This document shows, piece after piece, positions 46,901-60,074 of a stretch of 60,074 nt of DNA. The notes beneath the pieces are model-generated. The model made no database searches, was not told the origin of the DNA, and saw nothing but the letters and a program-made list of their open reading frames with translations. The stretch is taken from assembly GCA_900617105.1 (NCBI GenBank), contig UYFQ01000368.1, positions 1 to 60,074 of the forward strand, read 5' to 3'. Each line of letters begins with the position of its first letter. Position 1 is the first letter of the stretch. The DNA comes from Hydrurus foetidus (Eukaryota). The translations under genes and the position numbers were made by a program.

Positions 46901-49900
46901 CACAACCACAACCACAACCACAACCACAACCACAACCACAACCACAACCACAACCACAACCACAACCACAACCACAACCATAAACTTCACTAAACCACAA
47001 CCACAACCACAACCACAACCACAACCACAACCACAACCACAACCACAACCACAACCACAACCACAACCACAACCACAACCACAACCACAACCACAACCAC
47101 AACCACAACCACAACCACAACCACAACCTCAACCACAACCACAACCACATCCACAACCACAACCACAACCACAACCACAACCACAACCACAACCACAACC
47201 ACAACCACAACCACAACCACAACCACAACCACAACCACAACCACAACCACAACCACAACCACAACCACAACCACAACCACAACCACAACCACAACCACAA
47301 CCACAACCACAACCACAACCACAACCACAACCACAACCACAACCACAACCACAACCACAACCACAACTACAACCACAACCACAACTACAACCACAACCAC
47401 AACCACAACCACAACCACAACCACAACCACAACCACAACCACAACCACAACCACAACCACAACCACAACCACAACCACAACCACAACCACAACCACAACC
47501 ACAACCACAACCACAACCACAACCACAACCACAACCACAACCACAACCACAAACACAACCCACACAACCCACAAACCACAAACCACAACCACAACCACAA
47601 CCACAACCACAACCACAACCACAACCACAACCACAACCACAACCACAACCACAACCACAACCACTACCACAACCAAAACCACAACCACAACCACAACCAC
47701 AACCACAACCACAACCACAACCACAACCACAACCACAACCACAACCACAACCACAACCACAACCACAACACAACAACCACAACCACAACCACAACCACAA
47801 CCACAACCACAACCACAACCACAACCACAACCACAACCACAACCACAACCACAACCACAACCACAACCACAACCACAACCACAACCACAACCACAACCAC
47901 AATCACAACCACAACCACAACCACAACCATAACCACAACCATAACCACAACCACAACCACAACCACAACCACAACCACAACCACAACCACATCCACAACC
48001 ACAACCACAACCACAACCACAACCACAACCACAACCACAACCACAACCACAACCACAACCACAACCACAACCACAACCACAACCACAACCACAAACCACA
48101 ACCACAACCACAACCAAAACCACAACCACAACCACAACCACAACCACAACCACAACCACAACCACAACCACAACCACAACCACAACCACAACCACAACCA
48201 CAACCACAACCACAACCACAACCACAACCACAACCACAACCACAACCACAACCACAACCACAACCACAACCACAACCACAACCACAACCACAACCACAAC
48301 CACAACCACAACCACAACCACAACCACAACCACAACCACAACCACAACCACAACCACAACCACAACCACAACCACAACCATAACCACAACCATAACCACA
48401 ACCACAACCCACAACCACAACCAACCACAACCACAACCACAACCACAACCACAAACAACCACAACCACAACCACAACCACAACCACAACCACAACCACAA
48501 CCACAACCACAACCACAACCACAACCACAACCACAACCACAACCACAACCACAACCACAACCACAACCACAAACACAACCACAACCACAACCACAACCAC
48601 AACCACAACCACAACCACAACCACAACCACAACCACAACCACAACCACAACCACAACCACAACCACAACCACAACCAAAACCACAACCACAACCACAACC
48701 ACACCCACAACCACAACCACAACCACAACCACAACCACAACCACAACCACAACCACAACCACAACCACAACCACAACCACAACCACAACCACAACCACAA
48801 CCACAACCACAACCACAACCACAACCACAACCACAACCACAACCACAACCACAACCATAACCACAACCATAACCACAACCATAACCACAACCACAACCAC
48901 AACCACAACCACAACCACAACCACAACCATAACCATAACCATAACCATAACCACAACCACAACCACAACCACAACCATAACCACAACCACAACCACAACC
49001 ACAACCACAACCACAACCACAACCACAACCACAACCACAACCACAACCACAACCACAACCACAACCACAACCACAACCACAACCACAACCACAACCACAA
49101 CCACAACCACAACCACAACCACAACCACAACCACAACCACAACCACAACCACAACCACAACCACAACCACAACCACAACCACAACCACAACCACAACCAC
49201 AACCACAACCACAACCACAACCACAACCACAACCACAACCACAACCACAACCACAACCACAACCACAACCACAACCACAACCACAACCACAACCACAACC
49301 ACAACCACAACCACAACCACAACCACAACCACAACCACAACCACAACCACAACCACAACCACAACCACAACCACAACCACAACCACAACCACAACCACAA
49401 CCACAACCATAACCACAACCACAACCACAACCACAACCACAACCACAACCACAACCACAACCACAACCACAACCACAACCACAACCACAACCACAACCAC
49501 AACCACAACCACAACTACAACCACAACCACAACCACAACCACAACCACAACCACAACCACACCAAACCACAACCACAACCACAACTACAACCACAACCAC
49601 AACCACAACCACAACCACAACCACAACCACAACCACAACCACAACCACAACCACAACCACAACCACAACCACAACCACAACCACAACCACAACCACAACC
49701 ACAACCACAACCACAACCACAACCACAACCACAACCACAACCACAACCACAACCACAACCACAACCACAACCACAACCACAACCACAACCACAACCACAA
49801 CCACAACCACAACCACAACCACAACCACAACCACAACCACAACCACAACCACAACCACAACCACAACCACAACCACAACCACAACCACAACCACAACCAC

Positions 49901-52900
49901 AACCACAACCACAACCACAACCACAACCACAACCACAACCACAACCACAACCACAACCACAACCACAACCACAACCACAACCACAACCACAACCACAACC
50001 ACAACCACAACCACAACCACAACCACAACCACAACCACAACCACAACCACAACCACAACCACAACCACAACCACAACCACAACCACAACCACAACCACAA
50101 CCACAACCACAACCACAACCACAACCACAACCACAACCACAACCACAACCACAACCACAACCACAACCACAACCACAACCACAACCACAACCACAACCAC
50201 AACCACAACCACAACCACAACCACAACCATAACCACAACCACAACCATAACCACAACCACAACCACAACCACAACCACAACCACAACCACAACCACAACC
50301 ACAACCACAACCACAACCACAACCACAACCACAACCACAACCACAACCACAACCACAACCACAACCACAACCACAACCACAACCACAACCACAACCACAA
50401 CCACAACCACAACCACAACCACAACCACAACCACAACCACAACCACAACCACAACCACAACCACAACCACAACCACAACCACAACCACAACCACAACCAC
50501 AACCACAACCACAACCACAACCACAACCACAACCACAACCACAACCACAACCACAACCACAACCACAACCACAACCACAACCACAACCACAACCACAACC
50601 ACAACCACAACCACAACCACAACCACAACCACAACCACAACCACAACCACAACCACAACCACAACCACAACCACAACCACAACCACAACCACAACCACAA
50701 CCACAACCACAACCACAACCACAACCACAACCACAACCACAACCACAACCACAACCACAACCACAACCACAACCACAACCACAACCACAACCACAACCAC
50801 AACCACAACCACAACCACAACCACAACCACAACCACAACCACAACCACAACCACAACCACAACCACAACCACAACCACAACCACAACCACAACCACAACC
50901 ACAACCACAACCACAACCACAACCACAACCACAACCACAACCACAACCACAACCACAACCACAACCACAAACCACAACCACAACCACAACCACAACCACA
51001 ACCACAACCACAACCACAACCACAACCACAACCACAACCACAACCACAACCACAACCACAACCACAACCACAACCACAACCACAACCACAACCACAACCA
51101 CAACCACAACCACAACCACAACCACAACCACAACCACAACCACAACCACAACCACAACCACAACCACAACCACAACCACAACCACAACCACAACCACAAC
51201 CACAACCACAACCACAACCACAACCACAACCACAACCACAACCACAACCACAACCACAACCAAAACCACAACCACAACCACAACCACAACCACAACCACA
51301 ACCACAACCACAACCACAACCACAACCACAACCACAACCACAACCACAACCACAACCACAACCACAACCACAACCACAACCACAACCACAACCACAACCA
51401 CAACCACAACCATAACCACAACCACAACCACAACCACAACCACAACCACAACCACAACCACAACCACAACCACAACCACAACCACAACCACAACCACAAC
51501 CACAACCACAACCACAACCACAACCACAACCACAACCACAACCACAAACACAACCACAACCACAACCACAACCACAACCACAACCACAACCACAACCACA
51601 ACCACAACCACAACCACAACCACAACCACAACCACAACCACAACCACAACCACAACCACAACCACAACCACAACCACAACCACAACCACAACCACAACCA
51701 CAACCACAACCACAACCACAACCACAACCACAACCACAACCACAACCACAACCACAACCACAACCACAACCACAAACACAACCACAACCACAACCACAAC
51801 CACAACCACAACCACAACCACAACCACAACCACAACCACAACCACAACCACAACCACAACCACAACCACAACCACAACCACAACCACAACCACAACCACA
51901 ACCACAACCACAACCCACAACCACAACCACAACCACAACCACAACCACAACCACAACCACAAACCACAACCACAACCACAACCACAACCACAACCACAAC
52001 CACAACCACAACCACAACCACAACCACAACCACAACCACAACCACAACCACAACCACAACCACAACCACAACCACAACCACAACCACAACCACAACCACA
52101 ACCACAACCACAACCACAACCACAACCACAACCACAACCACAACCACAACCACAACCACAACCACAACCACAACCACAACCACAACCACAACCACAACCA
52201 CAACCACAACCACAACCACAACCACAACCACAACCACAACCACAACCACAACCACAACCACAACCACAACCACAACCACAACCACAACCACAACCACAAC
52301 CACAACCACAACCACAACCACAACCACAACCACAACCACAACCACAACCACAACCACAACCACAACCACAACCACAACCACAACCACAACCACAACCACA
52401 ACCACAACCACAACCACAACCACAACCACAACCACAACCACAAACACAACCACAACCACAACCACAACCACAACCACAACCACAACCACAACCACAACCA
52501 CAACCACAACCACAACCACAACCACAACCACAACCACAACCACAACCACACAACCACAACCACAACCACAACCACAACCACAACCACAACCACAACCACA
52601 ACCACAACCACAACCACAACCACAACCACAACCACAACCACAACCACAACCACAACCACAACCACAACCACAACCACAACCACAACCACAACCACAACCA
52701 CAACCACAACCACAACCACAACCACAACCACAACCACAACCACAACCACAACCACAACCACAACCACAACCACAACCACAACCACAACCACAACCACAAC
52801 CACAACCACAACCACAACCACAACCACAACCACAACCACAACCACAACCACAACCACAACCACAACCACAACCACAACCACAACCACAACCACAACCACA

Positions 52901-55900
52901 ACCACAACCACAACCACAACCACAACCACAACCACAACCACAACCACAACCACAACCACAACCACAACCACAACCACAAACCACAACCACAACCACAACC
53001 ACAACCACAACCACAACCACAACCACAACCACAACCACAACCACAACCACAACCACAACCACAACCACAACCACAACCACAACCACAACCACAACCACAA
53101 CCACAACCACAACCACAACCACAACCACAACCACAACCACAACCACAACCACAACCACAACCACAACCACAACCACAACCACAACCACAACCACAACCAC
53201 AACCACAACCACAACCACAACCACAACCACAACCACAACCACAACCACAACCACAACCACAACCACAACCACAACCACAACCACAACCACAACCACAACC
53301 ACAACCATAACCACAACCATAACCACAACCACAACCACAACCACAACCACAACCACAACCACAACCACAACCACAACCACAACCACAACCACAACCACAA
53401 CCACAACCACAACCACAACCACAACCACAACCACAACCACAACCACAACCACAACCACAACCACAACCACAACCACAACCACAACCACAACCACAACCAC
53501 AACCACAACCACAACCACAAACCACAACCACAACCACAACCACAACCACAACCACAACCACAACCACAACCACAACCACAACCACAACCACAACCACAAC
53601 CACAACCACAACCACAACCACAACCACAACCACAACCACAACCACAACCACAACCACAACCACAACCACAACCACAACCACAACCACAACCACAAACACA
53701 ACCACAACCACAACCACAACCACAACCACAACCACAACCACAACCACAACCACAACCACAACCACAACCACAACCACAACCACAACCACAACCACAACCA
53801 TAACCACAACCACAACCACAACCACAACCACAACCACAACCACAAACACAACCACAACCACAACCACAACCACAACCACAACTACAACCACAACAACAAC
53901 AACATTTACAACAACAACAACTACAACCACAACCACAACCACAACCACAACCACAACCACAACCACAACCACAACCACAACCACAACCACAACCACAACC
54001 ACAACCACAACCACAACCACAACCACAACCACAACCACAACCACAACCACAACCACAACCACAACCACAACCACAACCACACAACCACAACCACAACCAC
54101 AACCACAACCACAACCACAACCACAACCACAACCACAACCACAACCACAAACACAACCACAACCACAACCACAACCACAACCACAACCACAACCACAACC
54201 ACAACCACAACCACAACCACAACCACAACCACAACCACAACCACAACCACAACCACAACCACAACCACAACCACAACCACAACCACAACCACAACCACAA
54301 CCACAACCACAACCACAACCACAACCACAACCACAACCACAACCACAACCACAACCACAACCACAACCACAACCACAACCACAACCACAACCACAACCAC
54401 AACCACAACCACAACCACAACCACAACCACAACCACAACCACAACCACAACCACAACCACAACCACAACCACAACCACAACCACAACCACAACCACAACC
54501 ACAACCACAACCACAACCACAACCACAACCACAACCACAACCACAACCACAACCACAACCACAACCACAACCACAACCATAACCACAACCACAACCACAA
54601 CCACAACCACAACCACAACCACAACCACAACCACAACCACAACCACAACCACAACCACAACCACAACCACAACCACAACCACAACCACAACCACAACCAC
54701 AACCACAACCACAACCACAACCACAACCACAACCACAACCACAACCACAACCACAACCACAACCACAACCACAACCACAACCAAAACCACAACCACAACC
54801 ACAACCACAACCACAACCACAACCACAACCACAAACCACAACCACAACCACAACCACAACCACAACCACAACCACAACCACAACCACAACCACAACCACA
54901 ACCACAACCACAACCACAACCACAACCACAACCACAACCACAACCACAACCACAACCACAACCACAACCACAACCACAACCACAACCACAACCACAACCA
55001 CAACCACAACCACAACCACAACAACAACCACAACCACAACCACAACAACAACCACAACCACAACCACAACCACAACCACAACCACAACCACAACCACAAC
55101 CACAACCACAACCACAACCACAACCACAACCACAACCACAACCACAACCACAACCACAACCACAACCACAACCACAACCACAACCACAACCACAACCACA
55201 ACCACAACCACAACCACAACCACAACCACAACCACAACCACAACCACAACCACAACCACAACCACAACCACAACCACAACCACAACCACAACCACAACCA
55301 CAACCACAACCACAACCACAACCACAACCACAACCACAACCACAACCACAACCACAACCACAACCACAACCACAACCACAACCACAACCACAACCACAAC
55401 CACAACCACAACCACAACCACAACCACAACCACAACCACAACCACAACCACAACCACAACCACAACCACAACCACAAACACAACCACAACCACAACCACA
55501 ACCACAACCACAACCACAACCACAACCACAACCACAACCATAACCACAACCACAACCACAACCACAACCACAACCACAACCACAACCCACAACCACAACC
55601 ACAACCACAACCACAACCACAACCACAACCACAACCACAACCACAACCACAACCACAACCACAACCACAACCACAACCACAACCACAACCACAACCACAA
55701 CCACAACCACAACCACAACCACAACCACAACCACAACCACAACCACAACCACAACCACAACCACAACCACAACCACAACCACAACCACAACCACAACCAC
55801 AACCACAACCACAATAAACCACAACCACAACCACAACCACAACCACAACCACAACCACAACCACAACCACAACCACAACCACAACCACAACCACAACCAT

Positions 55901-56269
55901 AACCACAACCACAACCACAACCACAACCACAACCACAACCACAACCACAAACACAACCACAACCACAACCACAACCACAACCACAACCACAACCACAACC
56001 ACAACCACAACCACAACCACAACCACAACCACAACCACAACCACAACCACAACCACAACCACAACCACAACCACAACCACAACCACAACCACAACCACAA
56101 CCACAACCACAACCACAACCACAACCACAACCACAACCACAACCACAACCACAACCACAACCACAACCACAACCACAACCACAACCACAACCACAACCAC
56201 AACCACAACCACAACCACAACCACAACCACAACCACAACCACAACCACAACCACAACCACAACCACAAC
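43901..56269. repeat. ~12.4 kb hexamer tandem array (CCACAA)n, with a CCACAG-rich domain at ~43980-45480
   Basis: Directly visible; roughly 2,000 units with scattered CCATAA/CTACAA/ACACAA variants and 1-nt indels. Confidence 0.99.
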
Positions 56270-59200
56270 TGTGACCTTGGAAGGCAAAAGAGAAGGGAAG
56301 TCTAAAGGCTAAAAGGAGCTAATTAGTTAGGGATGCAACAGAAGGTACGCTAGTAACTTCTGCAAAGCAGCACAAACTAGCTAGTGACTGATAGTCGTGG
56401 CTGTGAACACGAAGGTACTAAGGTGGAAACAGCATCTAATCGGCTGAATGGGGTAGCAGACCCTGAGGGAGCCACACTACCCCTACTTATCTCTCGTTTT
56501 CTCATTTCTCTCTCCCTCTCCCTCTCTCTCTCCCTTGGTGAGTCTCTAGCTACAGTGTGTAACAAAACAAATATGACTCAAGCGTGATAAAAAAAATGCA
56601 GAAAAAGATAATAAAAAGAAATACAAAAATGCAGTAATAAATACGTACGAAGTATACAGATATTTGTACATGTGAGAGTTTGGGGGAGTGAGAAACGAGA
56701 GTGCCTAGATGTGTTGTAACCACGTGTTCCCCTACACATTTATGTCAGATTTTTACTGACTAAACCTCCTGAAAAGCAACTTAAAGTTGTAAAAATGAGG
56801 AGGAATCTTCAAAAGATAATGTGTAGGTCGTTCCTTGGGAACTTACTTTTCTGTCGGAATTATTTTCGACATGCCGTGAAGGCGTAAATATGTGTGAAGA
56901 GCGTCTGTAAGACGAAGATTCTTCCACGACTCCCACGTATTGTGTGAGTCATCAAAGTCAGTCCATTTGACTAAAAACCGCATTTGGGTTTTGCGTCTGG
57001 AATTGCCTTGGTGCTGAAGAATGGAATCAATAAAGAATTCCATATAATCGCGGCGTGCTACATCAGCAGGATCCGTATGTTTCGGATTGAAAACAAATTG
57101 TTTAAGATGACTAATATGAAGATGTTTATGTTTCTTCGTAGTTATATCTAACAACGTATAATCAGAGTTGTGAATCGATATCACTTGAAACGGTCCCCGC
57201 CACAACGTGTGTAACCGTGTGGGCGGTTGTGTGGTGTATCTAGCCAACACATATGAACCGACGGGAAAAACCGTTATATCCTGTGGACTTGTGGCAATAT
57301 GAGCCGCGTCCATTGTGCGCAAAGCAGTTTGTGCTTGGGCAATCAGGGTATCCTGGATGTGATACATCTCACAGACCACTTTTGATGCGGAAGTTTCCTC
57401 TTCCGGTAATGGTGGGAATGGTGACAGTATGCCCGAATCAAGATTGATTTGGTTACCAAACAATAAGCTTGCTGGGGAGGTATTAGTACTGCTGTGAATT
57501 GAAGAATTCAAAATGCGCTGTATAAACGGTAAGCAGTTTTTGTACTGGTACACGTCGTTTGTATCATACAGGAACGAACGTAAGTACCGGTTAACTTCTT
57601 TATTAACTCGTTCAACTATTGCATTCTCTTGTTTAGAGTATGCTAGTGTCAGGTTGTGGGGTGTACCCGTTGACACTAGGAATTGTTTGATCAATTCGTT
57701 AGCAAAATGTGAACCCCGATCAGATCTGATCATTTGGGGTGCACCGTATCTTCCAAAGTGTTGGAGAAGGCAATCGGTAGCCGATTTGGCCGTATTATCC
57801 GCACACCAAAAGAGTTCTGTCCATCGTGTGAAAGCACAGATGATGACAAGAACGTGTGAGGCATCGGGGAAGGGTCCGATGAAATCGATGTTCAACACAT
57901 GGAAAGGTTTGTATGCAGAAGTAACGTACTTGTGTACACGTATCGGTACGCGTGTAGCGTTCATCTTCTGGCAGCATGCACATTGTTGTATAAACAAGTG
58001 GGTGTGCTGTACCATGTGTTCCCACTCAATGGGTAAGCTTTTCAGCTTTTCGACGGTGCGTTTAACGCCCCCGTGTCCAACAAACTTGTTGTGGCACATG
58101 TTGAGTGCGTCGCGCTGCGTATCAGTCATTTCTGGTATGACCTTGAGGGCGCCGCAAAACGGGCCCGGCAAGTTATCCGGTTCTATGCCAGTGGTGGCTG
58201 GTTGAACCTTGATGACAAGGTCCGAGAGATTAGCACAGAGGCGAGACATAGCGTCCGCCACCGTGTTCTCAGACCCTCGCACGTATGCGATTGTGTAATC
58301 GAGCTCTTGTAGAGCCATGGACCATCTCCCTACCATCGAGTTAGGGGAGGATTTCATGTACGTCAGATTTTTATGATCTGTGTGAATCGTAAACTTGCGA
58401 TCACGTAATAGTGGATCAAGTTTTGTACAACACAAGTAGATAGCATAAGCTTCTTTCTGGATTGTTGACCAGTTCAACTGTGAGAAGGTGAGTGACTTAC
58501 TCACAAATGAAATGGGTTTCATTTCATCTCCAACTTTTTGGAATAATACACCACCTACACCATAATCAGATGCGTCGGTGTATAAATGTATTGGTGATAC
58601 ATTATCAATGAAGTGCATCAGGGGGCATTGAGAGATTGCCTGCCTAATGTCTTGAAACGCTTTAATGGTTTCAGCATTCCAAGTTACTCTGGAATGTTTA
58701 TGAGTTGTAGACACCGTCATTTTATGTAACGGTGCTACTATGTTGGAGTGGTTTGGTACGAAACCTCTAAAATAGTTCGCCAAACCGAGAAATCCCCTAA
58801 GGGCAGTAACGGTTTTAGGGCGAGGAAAATCTAAAACAGATTTTATTTTCTCAGCCGACATAGATAACCCCTCTTTGGAGATCACACGTCCGACGTATTC
58901 GAGGCGTGTAACTCCGAACTTACATTTTTTAGCTTTCAAGAATAAATTCTTTTCTCGAAAACGGATGAAGACCTCACGAAGTCTCTGCAGAAACTCGTCA
59001 GGTCCATTACCAAATACAATGCAATCATCGAGATACATCTCACATGTTACATATAAAAGGCCCGCAAGGACAACCGTGGCCATCATCTCCTGGAAGTATG
59101 ATGGGGCACGTTTGAGGCCAAAAGGCAATCGAGTGAATTGATAAATTCCTGAGAAGCATATAAATGCAGTCAGGATTTTAGCTGATGCTGTAAGGGGTGC

Positions 59201-60074
59201 TTGATGGTAGCCGGACGTCAAGTCCATAACCCCAAAGGTGTCAGGTTGACGAGCCCCAATGCGTTCAAACATTGCTGGAATGTTGGGGAGTGGCCAACTG
59301 GCCGACTCCGTACAGTTATTAAGTGGCCGGAAGTCAATACATACACGGTATTGTCCGGGTGACTTCTGTACTACTACCGGGTGACTGTAGTACACCGCAT
59401 TAGACTTTTCAACCACCCCGATCCGTATCAGATCCTGAAGGTTATTGTGAATCGCCTCCTCCTTCTGTGAGGATTGTGGGCGGAGTGGGGTCCTGTTACC
59501 AGGTACTTCCCATTGTGCCGCCTTATGATCAATATCAAAAGGAGGTATACGGGCCGGTTCACGGGCCACCTCATCTTGAAAGATGTCAATAAATTCGGTA
59601 CATAATGCTCTGCATGCTGTTTGCAGAGCTTCCGACCCACCAAAGGTGATTGTCGAGATGACGTCGTTCGCCCTACCTGTTGGGGTAGGGTCTTCCATCA
59701 ATGCAGAAAGAAACGGACCGAACGCATCCGTTTTGTCATCATCAATCTCATCTCCATTGAGATTGATTCCGCACGGCAACACGCTCGCGGCGTTAAGTGT
59801 TACTGTGTTCACTCTCGTCCCGGTCTCAGAAGGGGGGCGGTTAAGACCACTGCCCGTCCATAGCGCAGATGGACCCCACTCTTCTCCCACTGTTGGAATA
59901 CGGTGGGTGCTCGAGTGACCTTCGTCTCCATTGTCAGCAGTGTCGGTAATTAGGCGACACTGTGTACAAGGACTACGCGATCCGACAGCGTCACTATGAT
60001 GACAACAGACGTCGGTATGTGAATCTGTACCGATGTCGGACTCTGCCCTTAAGGGAAGTAGACCGATGTCATCT
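56270..60074 (-). mobile_element. Gypsy chromodomain element E (family of C), 3' part; 3' LTR 56270-56476 abuts the satellite
   Basis: 207-bp LTR, PPT GAGAGATAAGTAGGGGTAG, intact pol. Confidence 0.95.
56843..60073 (-). CDS. pol: Pol of E, partial and uninterrupted (RT-RNase H-integrase-chromodomain)
   Basis: Frame open from window end; MDLTSGYHQ, YLDDC, TDASDYG, HNKFVGH..CACC, SDRGSHF, WRGPF, FFIDSILQH..VKW..NTWESW. Confidence 0.96.
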   Translation of the reverse strand, partial: DDIGLLPLRAESDIGTDSHTDVCCHHSDAVGSRSPCTQCRLITDTADNGDEGHSSTHRIPTVGEEWGPSALWTGSGLNRPPSETGTRVNTVTLNAASVLPCGINLNGDEIDDDKTDAFGPFLSALMEDPTPTGRANDVISTITFGGSEALQTACRALCTEFIDIFQDEVAREPARIPPFDIDHKAAQWEVPGNRTPLRPQSSQKEEAIHNNLQDLIRIGVVEKSNAVYYSHPVVVQKSPGQYRVCIDFRPLNNCTESASWPLPNIPAMFERIGARQPDTFGVMDLTSGYHQAPLTASAKILTAFICFSGIYQFTRLPFGLKRAPSYFQEMMATVVLAGLLYVTCEMYLDDCIVFGNGPDEFLQRLREVFIRFREKNLFLKAKKCKFGVTRLEYVGRVISKEGLSMSAEKIKSVLDFPRPKTVTALRGFLGLANYFRGFVPNHSNIVAPLHKMTVSTTHKHSRVTWNAETIKAFQDIRQAISQCPLMHFIDNVSPIHLYTDASDYGVGGVLFQKVGDEMKPISFVSKSLTFSQLNWSTIQKEAYAIYLCCTKLDPLLRDRKFTIHTDHKNLTYMKSSPNSMVGRWSMALQELDYTIAYVRGSENTVADAMSRLCANLSDLVIKVQPATTGIEPDNLPGPFCGALKVIPEMTDTQRDALNMCHNKFVGHGGVKRTVEKLKSLPIEWEHMVQHTHLFIQQCACCQKMNATRVPIRVHKYVTSAYKPFHVLNIDFIGPFPDASHVLVIICAFTRWTELFWCADNTAKSATDCLLQHFGRYGAPQMIRSDRGSHFANELIKQFLVSTGTPHNLTLAYSKQENAIVERVNKEVNRYLRSFLYDTNDVYQYKNCLPFIQRILNSSIHSSTNTSPASLLFGNQINLDSGILSPFPPLPEEETSASKVVCEMYHIQDTLIAQAQTALRTMDAAHIATSPQDITVFPVGSYVLARYTTQPPTRLHTLWRGPFQVISIHNSDYTLLDITTKKHKHLHISHLKQFVFNPKHTDPADVARRDYMEFFIDSILQHQGNSRRKTQMRFLVKWTDFDDSHNTWESWKNLRLTDALHTYLRLHGMSKIIPTEK

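Noticed and set aside
43819..56287. Huge poly-V/WL/CG/T/QP/HN ORFs
   Set aside because: Artefacts of a stop-free hexamer repeat in all frames; random 1-nt indels switch frames without constraint.

Overview
Eukaryotic genomic DNA with GT-AG introns. A fibrillin gene with a signal peptide suggests a photosynthetic stramenopile or alga (inference). About half of the non-satellite sequence is a nested cluster of chromodomain-bearing Ty3/Gypsy LTR retrotransposons: A 1-~3960 (+), B 8259-~11910 (-), C 12277-26280 (-) interrupted by near-intact D 17663-24363 (+), F LTR plus leader 43176-~43760 (+), and E 56270->60074 (-). There is also a Copia-like remnant and two MITEs. Host genes are an SGNH/PC-esterase-like hydrolase, a DTW-domain tRNA-modification enzyme, a probable spliced repeat-plus-PAP/fibrillin gene, and a 7-exon ~3,080-aa ARM-LRR-CHAT(caspase-like)-STAND NTPase gene. 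A ~12.4 kb (CCACAR)n hexamer array fills 43901-56269. Most notable: (1) all three 5' LTRs are followed by a co-varying 12-nt palindrome instead of a tRNA primer-binding site; (2) short intron-like segments at the gag-pol junction would create an immediate Gag stop if spliced; (3) element A carries an antisense papain-like protease cargo ORF; (4) the giant NLR-like caspase-fold host gene. All domain calls come from motifs read by eye; no database searches were run.
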